Of a stretch of DNA of 61,942 bases, positions 10,722 through 18,373 are shown one piece after another; position 1 is the stretch's first letter; each line of letters starts with the position of its first letter. Origin of the DNA: Promethearchaeota archaeon. GTDB lineage: Archaea; Asgardarchaeota; Lokiarchaeia; Sigyniarchaeales; SOKP01. The notes under the pieces are model-generated. The model was not told where the DNA came from. It saw only the letters and a program-made list of their open reading frames with translations, and ran no database searches. The position numbers and the translations under genes are program-made. The stretch is taken from positions 15,918 to 77,859 of the forward strand of contig SHMW01000013.1 of assembly GCA_008080735.1 (NCBI GenBank), given 5' to 3'.

Positions 10722-11192
10722 ATGGTATATGCAAAATTTCCAGAAATTAAGGGCAAATCTCTCAATAAACTCCCTATTACTATCCCCAATGATTTCACAC
10801 GGAAATTAAATATTGTGATTTTGCCGTGTTCAAGAGTCAATAAACTAATTTTAGAACGATGGGCTTCATTTATGGACACGCTAATTTCTGATATTTCCTT
10901 TTTAGACTATTATCAAATTAATATATTTAATAAGAAACTTAAAGTATTGAGAAGATATCTCGAAGCAAGAGCACGAAGAAATATTTTAAATAGAAATTTG
11001 GAAAAAGTAATTCATATTTATCAAGAACTGGCAGTATTGAAAAAAACTCTAAATTTAAAAGATCATCAATCTATTTATATTTTCTTAATTAATAATAAGG
11101 GCGATATACTCTGGAGAACCGAAGGTAAATATGATCTTGAAAAAGCTCAATTATTAAAGCAAAAAATAATTGAACATATGAGCGAATTCTAA
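10722..11192 (+). CDS. ATP10-like/thioredoxin-fold hypothetical protein
   Basis: FP.I.GKSL...ITIP.D N-terminus and YIFLIN.KG.I.WR..G C-terminus typical of the ATP10-like family. Confidence 0.55.
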   Translation: MVYAKFPEIKGKSLNKLPITIPNDFTRKLNIVILPCSRVNKLILERWASFMDTLISDISFLDYYQINIFNKKLKVLRRYLEARARRNILNRNLEKVIHIYQELAVLKKTLNLKDHQSIYIFLINNKGDILWRTEGKYDLEKAQLLKQKIIEHMSEF

Positions 11193-11264
11193 TGTGTTAT
11201 TTGGATTAAATTTTATTAGGTTTAAAACTTAATCTCATTCATAAGAAAACTAATTATAATGTGA

Positions 11265-12308
11265 ATGAAATTGGGAAAACAGATAGAAATTACCAAACCC
11301 TCTAAGTTATTTAATGAGAATGGTTCTTTAGTTCAGACAGGATGGGCGCGCAAACCAATTTTAACTTATAATAAAGAGGATATTGGGAAAAGTTGGTGGA
11401 GAATTAAAGAATGGGACCATTATTCCGTGTTAAACAAAGATTTTGGTTTTCAATTAACAATTGGAGATATCGGTTATCTCACGCAGATGAGCTATGTATG
11501 GCTTGACTTCGATAAAAAAGAGCGTGGGGATAAAAGCACAATGAAATTTTTTACGAAATCAAAGTTATTACCCACAAGTTCGTTAGAGGATAGTCGTATC
11601 GAATTTCCTACCGATGAGTTTCATGCGGTCTTGGAAAAGAAGGGGGATCAGAGGATTCTGACCTTAGAAGACTCGGAATTCTTGGATAAAGGGATTAAGG
11701 CGAATATTATCCTTGACGATGTACCAGAGTGGGATAATACTGTGGTTGTTACTGGATATGAAAAGCCGAAGCAATTCTATTATAACCACAAGATCAATAT
11801 AATGCCTGCGAATGGCACCATTCATATAGGGGATCAAAAATATAAGTTCACACCAGAGAGATCATTCGGTTTGATGGATTGGGGTAGGGGAATTTGGCCA
11901 TATAAAACTCATTGGCTTTGGGGGAGTGCATGCGGGATGGTGGATAATGTACCCGTTGCGTTTAACATTGGCTACGGATTTGGTTTGGTTGGGAGTAAAG
12001 AAGGTGCGACACATACAGAAAATATCGTGTTTTATGATGGAAAAGCGCATAAGCTTGATGAAGTGACTTTTCATCATCAAGATAGAGACCCTACAAAACC
12101 ATGGAAATTTACAAGTAATGACGGAAGGTTTGAGATGGGCCTTGAACCTCTTATACCAAATGAAGAGAAATTAAATTTTGGCATAATAAAATTGGATTCC
12201 GCCTTACTGCATGGATATTATTCCGGAGATATCATTCTAGATGACGGCAAAAAAATACACGTCGAAAATATGCTGGGCCATGCTGAAGATATTTACTGGA
12301 GATGGTAA
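11265..12308 (+). CDS. DUF2804-family protein
   Basis: GWAR.P, RIKEWD.Y, DWGRG.WPY.T.W.W, ENMLGHAE motifs. Confidence 0.8.
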   Translation: MKLGKQIEITKPSKLFNENGSLVQTGWARKPILTYNKEDIGKSWWRIKEWDHYSVLNKDFGFQLTIGDIGYLTQMSYVWLDFDKKERGDKSTMKFFTKSKLLPTSSLEDSRIEFPTDEFHAVLEKKGDQRILTLEDSEFLDKGIKANIILDDVPEWDNTVVVTGYEKPKQFYYNHKINIMPANGTIHIGDQKYKFTPERSFGLMDWGRGIWPYKTHWLWGSACGMVDNVPVAFNIGYGFGLVGSKEGATHTENIVFYDGKAHKLDEVTFHHQDRDPTKPWKFTSNDGRFEMGLEPLIPNEEKLNFGIIKLDSALLHGYYSGDIILDDGKKIHVENMLGHAEDIYWRW

Positions 12309-12413
12309 ATCCAATCCTTCCAAAATTTTCACTAATTTTTTTATCTATTTTTACACTTTCCAACCCTCTAATTAAGAAAGTAAGAAAAAATAAAAAAGAA
12401 TTTAGGTAATATT

Positions 12414-13280
12414 TTATATACTCGCAAAGAAATAAGCCACAATAAGGCAAAACATCCCGCTTCTCATAAGGATAAATACACGTCCCATATATTCCGTTTC
12501 AAAATCATAGATGTAATTAAAAATAGCCGAGATAACGATTAAAATGGTCGCAATTAACATCGGAATCAAATAGAGAAAATAGTTATAGAGACCAGTAAAA
12601 TATGGGATCACTAGGAATAGGATTGTTAAACCTTGAAGCACCAAGATAATAGTCTGAGACTTTTTCACAGTTAATATTTCAGCGAGCAGTTTGTATTCCT
12701 CGGTAGTTTCTCTTATTTTAACCTTTTTTTTGCAACTTTTCAAAAGGTCTTTGGATAATTGTAGAGTAAATGCTCCAAGGAAAAAGAAATACACGAAGAC
12801 CGGAATTGAAAGATCATTTATGAGCGCACCGAAAAGTAATCCAAATGACACCATAATCGCGATTATAAGATTAATAATAATGCTTTTCTCTTCCCAAATA
12901 TCCCCATATAAAAAGGATATTGCCCAGATTATTCCTATAATTGCGAGAGCTATTAATAACATTATATTTCGAGCAAAGTAGAATACAACAATTGCAGAAA
13001 ATCCATAAGCTGCCAAATATAGACCCGCCGAAATGAATTTTATCATCTCTGTTTTGTCAAACTTCTTCCCTGCATTTTCTTTGGGTAATTTTAAATAGAG
13101 GGCGAGTAGCATACCAGAAACGACGAGAAGAAAATAGATTATCGCACCAAAAATCAAATTATCAACGAACCAGTTAAATCCAACGTCAAATCTACTATTA
13201 AGTACTCCGAGTAGCAGAAAAATGGTACCTTTAAACCAATTGACTAATTGATATTTATCCGCAAACGCTTTTAGATTCAT
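12414..13280 (-). CDS. UbiA prenyltransferase-like membrane protein lacking the Asp-rich motifs
   Basis: About 9 hydrophobic segments with DGGGP-synthase-like layout (N..IA..VS...LFGAL; L.KDL.KS where REIxKDxED is expected). Confidence 0.5.
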   Translation of the reverse strand: MNLKAFADKYQLVNWFKGTIFLLLGVLNSRFDVGFNWFVDNLIFGAIIYFLLVVSGMLLALYLKLPKENAGKKFDKTEMIKFISAGLYLAAYGFSAIVVFYFARNIMLLIALAIIGIIWAISFLYGDIWEEKSIIINLIIAIMVSFGLLFGALINDLSIPVFVYFFFLGAFTLQLSKDLLKSCKKKVKIRETTEEYKLLAEILTVKKSQTIILVLQGLTILFLVIPYFTGLYNYFLYLIPMLIATILIVISAIFNYIYDFETEYMGRVFILMRSGMFCLIVAYFFASI

Positions 13281-13296
13281 TTATCTTTTCACCTCT

Positions 13297-15408
13297 TTAT
13301 GGTATTCCCTCTTCTATTCGTTTTGCATTTTCGAAATCAAGGGTAAGATTCATTCCGTTGTATTGAATGAATGTTATCATAGTTCCGAATGTTTGATTAC
13401 AATAAGGGCTCTCAAAGCGCTCATATGGTCCGAGATCCACTTCTTGATTATCTATATACATATTTCCGTCCCATCCTACCTTGATTACTCCTTGCGAGGG
13501 AGAATTGTAAATTATTTCATATCCGATTGCTCTCTCGGTTATTTGCAGGTTGGCATTTAATATTTTGTTAATGAAATCTTGATAGGAGCTAAATTGAGGA
13601 TCGGAATTGCTTCCCAGCTCCACAATCCATGTATTCTTTTTACCATCCGCCCGTAAATCATAATCATTTTTCCACTCAATCGTATTATGAGAATACAAGG
13701 CTATATAACTGTCATTCCGGCGACCGAAGACCCAGTTCCCCGTTTGATTCCATTCATTAAACGCCCATCGAGGAAAATACGCATGAGTATATGGCTTTTC
13801 TCCCATTAACTCTAAAATCAATTCTAAGATAAGAGATTGTGCTTCGCGATCATATTGAATAATCCCCACATTTTCATGAAGCGTTGCCCGCGGCTTCCAA
13901 CCAGTTGTGTATTGCTTATTTTTGATTGTCGCCAAAACACTAGGAGAACTTGTAAACACAGTAGCATTCCTGTCAATACACGCCTGCCAGATGAGTTCTT
14001 GAAGACCATTCATCCCCTTCTGGTGGTCCTGTACACCTGAGAGTTGATAATATGGAGTTTTATAAGTATATGTATTCGCGGTTTCCAGCGCAACACCTTG
14101 GGTGATGTCTTTAATAATTTCACTGAAATCATTTATCGAAGTACCATAGATCGTTGCCCCGATTTCAAATAAATCTACAAAGACCTCATCATTAAAAATT
14201 AATTTAGGGTCTAAATCATACTTTTTCATCAAATCTAAAGAGGATTCTAAGACTGGAGAGGCCGCTGGAGCAGACATCGGCCACCAAAACATTAAGTCAG
14301 ATTCCGTTTGGTATCCTATATTATATTTAGGCCCTTCGCTAATATCAATGTTATTTCTTGATTTGTGGATGTAGGGCTGCGTTCGCTGTGCGGTTGCATT
14401 TGCGATTTCTTCTAAAATCGTAGGCGTTGTGTAGTTGCCTGTTGCTAAAAATATTGCGGCTCCATTTCCGTTGCCGATATCTTCATCTCTTCCAAGGCCT
14501 AACATCACCCATGCAGGGTCTGCGGTTGATTCTCTATCAAGTGCTTTTACAGGGGTATTCGTCTGTTTATAATCCTCTGTCCTTCCGTGGGCGGTTGCGT
14601 AAACCCCTTTATAGTAATTATTTGCGAAATCAAATCCTATCAAATCGATTATCATTTTTGATTTGTTGACGATAGTTTCATTTTGAGCAAAATCAACTAA
14701 ATTTAGGAGTGCGGTTAAGTCAAACCGATAATAAATATTGGAATGCCATTCGGCAAATCCTAATTTTGCTCTCCAATCAAGCCAACGGTCGATTAGGGGA
14801 AGCGCATGTTGCACATGTTGAGTCCCATTCCACCCAGTATTATTAAAAGTCTCTGAAGGAAAAAGTTGTCCTGCTAATAATTCTGCCGTATGGAATAAAA
14901 TCATATGATTTTCTGTCCAGAATATCATCGAATCTTCACCAGGTTCCGTAAACCAATATTTAAAGTTCAAAATAGCGTTTGTAATATTATCCTTTATATT
15001 TAAAGTAGTATTAAGATGGTCTGTTTCATTATCCAAATACATTAGACGCAAAAGTGTGTTAAGATCAAAATCTGCGGTATCATTTCGACTATTTACAAGA
15101 TCCACTGCATCCTGAATTTCATTTTCATTATATTCTACGGGTCCCGTTCTATTTAGAAACACTTTCGCGCATTGAGCACTTAACCCATTACTCTGATTTG
15201 CTTTCTCTAAATAGAAATCTTTTCTTTCAGTTAAGTTTTGATTAGACATGTATGCCGATGCTGGAAGTGCATTTTCACTGAGATCCTCGTTCACTCCTCC
15301 GTCCACCACCGATTCAGGCCCAATTGGAACGAAAGTGGATAAGGCTACAATAATCGGCATTAGTATAACTATTAATATGAGAATAAGGAGTTGTAGTTGT
15401 TTTTTCAT
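13297..15408 (-). CDS. large membrane-anchored/secreted hypothetical protein (WTENH motif family)
   Basis: N-terminal TM; many N-x-S/T sequons; FKYW...FWTENH, GFAEWHSNIYY, THAYFP motifs. Confidence 0.75.
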   Translation of the reverse strand: MKKQLQLLILILIVILMPIIVALSTFVPIGPESVVDGGVNEDLSENALPASAYMSNQNLTERKDFYLEKANQSNGLSAQCAKVFLNRTGPVEYNENEIQDAVDLVNSRNDTADFDLNTLLRLMYLDNETDHLNTTLNIKDNITNAILNFKYWFTEPGEDSMIFWTENHMILFHTAELLAGQLFPSETFNNTGWNGTQHVQHALPLIDRWLDWRAKLGFAEWHSNIYYRFDLTALLNLVDFAQNETIVNKSKMIIDLIGFDFANNYYKGVYATAHGRTEDYKQTNTPVKALDRESTADPAWVMLGLGRDEDIGNGNGAAIFLATGNYTTPTILEEIANATAQRTQPYIHKSRNNIDISEGPKYNIGYQTESDLMFWWPMSAPAASPVLESSLDLMKKYDLDPKLIFNDEVFVDLFEIGATIYGTSINDFSEIIKDITQGVALETANTYTYKTPYYQLSGVQDHQKGMNGLQELIWQACIDRNATVFTSSPSVLATIKNKQYTTGWKPRATLHENVGIIQYDREAQSLILELILELMGEKPYTHAYFPRWAFNEWNQTGNWVFGRRNDSYIALYSHNTIEWKNDYDLRADGKKNTWIVELGSNSDPQFSSYQDFINKILNANLQITERAIGYEIIYNSPSQGVIKVGWDGNMYIDNQEVDLGPYERFESPYCNQTFGTMITFIQYNGMNLTLDFENAKRIEEGIP

Positions 15409-15602
15409 TTATATCATCTTTTTTGGATTTATGATTAGATTTTATAAAACTTTCTTTTGTTACTTATATCAAAATTGATGATATTCTTAATAAAGATTGC
15501 TTTCTAATTGTCAGCAGATACTTTTTAGCATTTAATTAAAACTTCGAAAAATATCAAATTTTAAAAAAATAAGAATTAGGAATATAAGAGTCGACTTATT
15601 TC

Positions 15603-15809
15603 CTAATCGTGTTGTATGAGTATATTTGCAAGCCAATCGGGTAAAAAAAAACCAAAATAATAGGCTATTAAACTGCTAATAAGCAATACCCTAATGAAGA
15701 TCATAAAACTTAATCCTATCCCTGTTCCAGAATCAAGCAACGCACCCGCCGTAAAAAGCACAACAGCGATGAGTAAGAATCTTCCTTTCCACTTAATTTT
15801 TTTGTCTAA
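15603..15809 (-). pseudogene. 5'-truncated fragment of a multi-TM membrane protein gene
   Basis: Open 69-codon frame LDKKIKWKGRFLLIAVVLFTAGALLDS...YYFGFFLPDWLANILIQHD* with no plausible in-frame start at its 5' end; abuts the stop of the upstream gene. Confidence 0.55.
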
Positions 15810-15819
15810 ATGAAAAAGA

Positions 15820-16335
15820 TTAGGAGATTGTTTGAATATATAAACTCATCTCTCCTAAAGTTGTTGTATCCGCGGTTGTTCGTGCCCATATCGATATAAT
15901 ATATGTATTTGGGGGAAGAGAAGGGTCAAAATACTGAAGAGCAAAGGAATATCTCTGCCGAAAGTCTATGCTTTCCGCTTCCAGCGTCATTTCCCGTCCT
16001 TCATAAAATTCATTTATTTTTATGCGAAGATAAACAATATTATAGGTATCATCAATGGGAAAGCGAACGAATCCATTAAAAACAATATATATACTCGAGG
16101 TCTCATTTAATTCGAGCGTGAAAGACATTGGATCGACGTATTCAAATGATGTGCTATCAAAGGAATATGTACTGGACTCTTTATACCAATGATCTATCGA
16201 AGAGCTATCATTTAGAGATGATGGACTTAAATATATATCATATATTACATATCCACCCAAGCCTAAACTGATTATTGCTAACAAAATTGAAACCGCGCCA
16301 AGTGCTTTTCCACTTTTCATTTCACTCACCTCCAA
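15820..16335 (-). CDS. hypothetical protein, N-terminal TM + beta-rich domain
   Basis: ORF with signal/TM segment; GGAGGTGA RBS suggests the ATG at 16320 as start. Confidence 0.75.
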   Translation of the reverse strand: MEVSEMKSGKALGAVSILLAIISLGLGGYVIYDIYLSPSSLNDSSSIDHWYKESSTYSFDSTSFEYVDPMSFTLELNETSSIYIVFNGFVRFPIDDTYNIVYLRIKINEFYEGREMTLEAESIDFRQRYSFALQYFDPSLPPNTYIISIWARTTADTTTLGEMSLYIQTIS

Positions 16336-16563
16336 TAATTGGGATTTATTTTATTTTGTTATTGCTAATACCTCTCATCTACCATATATAATACTGATTT
16401 TTATTTTTAATATGGTTTTCATCAATCGCGGTTAAACAGTGAAACCAAATTAACTTGCTAAGTTATATTTTAAAGAAAAAGCTGATCAAGAAGTATACAA
16501 TTTAGTCAGAATCAATCCGAAAATAATAAAAATTGAATAAGGATAAAAAAAGTTAAAAAAAAG

Positions 16564-17703
16564 TTATGCTTTCTCTAACTCCATCTCTTTAATTGCCTTC
16601 GCACTACGGAAGGGAAGATCTTCTGTTGATTCGCCCGCTTTATATTTGAATTTTTCTTCGAATTTTTCATTGAGCGATTGAAAGATAAGTGATAAGGGCA
16701 AGTCCATGGGACAATTATTCGCGCATGAACCGCATTCCACACATCGGTCTGCATCATGAGCAATTCGGGTTAATTGATAGGTGACATTATCAATCGCTTT
16801 ATCTTTTCGCTTTTTCTGTAATATACAATCCACGCAATAGCATACGGGACAAGCGCGAATGCACATCCCACACATAGTACATTTCTTCAGCTGCTCAATC
16901 TTTTCCTCTTGTGAAAGGGCTTCCCACTCTGCAAGATCTTTTGCTCTCCTTTCTTCGGCAGTCTTAATAATTTCGTCCATCTTTTCTTCATGAGAACTTT
17001 TAATATCATCGGAAAGATCTTGCGTTTTAACGCCTGACGCTTCGAGTAAATCAGCCCCTTTATTGGTATGAACTTTAAGGATCACATCCTCTGAATCGAT
17101 TGGGATGCCAATGTCAGTTACGGAAAGATCTGCGATTACTGGATCTTTTCTCACACATCGAGCGCAGTTATCAGCGACATCGATATCTACTTGTTTAGTC
17201 TTTCCGTCTTCGAGCATAAAAAGTAGGCCATCATCAGTGATTTTTTCCTTGACGATTTTAGAAGTATCGAGTTCTTTCTCACTGCGTAATTCGCGCGAGA
17301 CATTTAATGTGATTCCTCGATCTTCAAGAGCAATAATGAATAAGTTATCCAAATTTACCTGTCTAAGTTTGTTAAGTTCAATTAAAGCTCGAGTATCGCA
17401 CGGACGCGCGACAAGGGCGATTTTTCCGTCTTTCGCACCGTTCGCTTTTTCATGCAAAAATTTTGACGCTGAATCTGTGCGTGAAAAACCATAGGCAATT
17501 AAATTAGATAATGGAAATTTTTCAATATCTTCGGGTTTTTCCCATAATACTGGGGAGATCGAGAACCGATCTTCTTCACCCGTTTTTCGACTAACTTTCG
17601 CTTCCGCTCCGATTACTTTATCGACCGTTCCCCCTTTAAGAAGAGCTTTTAATAATTCGGGAAAGTCGGTCTCTTTTATGAGATATTCTGCTTTCGTATC
17701 CAC
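16564..17703 (-). CDS. FdhB/FrhB-like (F420-dependent dehydrogenase beta subunit-like) Fe-S protein, third gene of the Sec-hdr operon
   Basis: ARPCDTRAL..L, CARC, ADLSV.DIG, CTMCGMCIRACPVCYC and CVECGSCANNCP; GTG start. Confidence 0.8.
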   Translation of the reverse strand: MDTKAEYLIKETDFPELLKALLKGGTVDKVIGAEAKVSRKTGEEDRFSISPVLWEKPEDIEKFPLSNLIAYGFSRTDSASKFLHEKANGAKDGKIALVARPCDTRALIELNKLRQVNLDNLFIIALEDRGITLNVSRELRSEKELDTSKIVKEKITDDGLLFMLEDGKTKQVDIDVADNCARCVRKDPVIADLSVTDIGIPIDSEDVILKVHTNKGADLLEASGVKTQDLSDDIKSSHEEKMDEIIKTAEERRAKDLAEWEALSQEEKIEQLKKCTMCGMCIRACPVCYCVDCILQKKRKDKAIDNVTYQLTRIAHDADRCVECGSCANNCPMDLPLSLIFQSLNEKFEEKFKYKAGESTEDLPFRSAKAIKEMELEKA

Positions 17704-17743
17704 TGTATTCCAACTCGTAATCTTATTTTATTAAATTAAATTG

Positions 17744-17808
17744 GAAAAATAACACTATCAATGAGCACCCATTACTCATCAGTATTGAGAACTCATTTAT
17801 TATTTTTC
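17744..17808 (-). promoter_or_regulatory. long imperfect RNA hairpin in the vhuD-fdhB intercistronic region
   Basis: Minus strand: GAAAAAUAAUA/UGUUAUUUUUC, AAUGAGU/GCUCAUU, CUCA/UGGG, UACU/AGUA stems closing a GAUG loop. Confidence 0.55.
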
Positions 17809-17847
17809 ACTTGATTTGATACATATTTGTAAATTATTTTAATTAAA

Positions 17848-17918
17848 ATGTGCGCAATGGGGCATCCATTTCTTCAACAAGATTCTCGTTTTTGTAATCT
17901 TGTATCATAAGGGCACAT
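17848..17918 (-). promoter_or_regulatory. SECIS element, eukaryote-like (AUGA...GA kink-turn core)
   Basis: Starts 4 nt after the vhuD stop. Helix I AUGUGC/GCACAU; core AUGAU...UGAA; perfect 8-bp helix II ACAAGAUU/AAUCUUGU; A-rich apical loop ACAAAAACGAG; extra AAUGG/CCAUU hairpin on the 3' side. Confidence 0.8.
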
Positions 17919-17922
17919 ATTC

Positions 17923-18354
17923 TTATTTTTGTGTGTCTATTCGAATAGGATTTGGACCGAGTTCTGCGATCTTTTTATGGAACTTTGTTGCTTCCTTTTG
18001 GAATTTTTGTCCTTCCGCGGCACTGCAATAGAACATATGAATCCGTTCTTTATCTAAACCGATCGAATCGAGCAGTTCCTTGATATACTCAACTTCTCGA
18101 TAGGCAAAATAATTCCCATTTTCATAATCGCATTCGCCGGGGTATCAAGCTGCCACCAGAACACCGTCAGCACCCCGTCCAAACGCGCGCATCACGAGAT
18201 CAGATCCCACTCGTCCAGTACACGGCACTAAAACCGTTCGGATTGAGGATGGATATTGGGCACGGATGGTACCTGCCATATCAGCACCTCCATATCCTCA
18301 TTTCCAACAGAAAAAGCCAATGATCTTGACTTTTCCATTTTCATTTTCAGACAT
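17923..18354 (-). CDS. vhuD: selenocysteine-containing hydrogenase/Hdr-associated [2Fe-2S] subunit VhuD/MvhD (143 aa, 2 Sec)
   Basis: MSENENGKVKIIGFFCWKUGYGGADMAG...VPCTGRV...GADGVLVAAUYPGECDYENGN...SAAEGQKF...LGPNP. UGA at 18298-18300 and 18145-18147 align with Cys in the mvhD at 32756-33220 (CCNWCSY; TGCHIGDC); AGGAGG upstream. Confidence 0.93.
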
Positions 18355-18373
18355 TTTAGCATTTCCTCCTCGT

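Noticed and set aside
17760-17800. Fluoride riboswitch or box C/D sRNA reading of the UGAUGA-containing segment
   Set aside because: The required pseudoknot or box D partner is not evident and the gene context does not fit; it is kept only as an unexplained hairpin.
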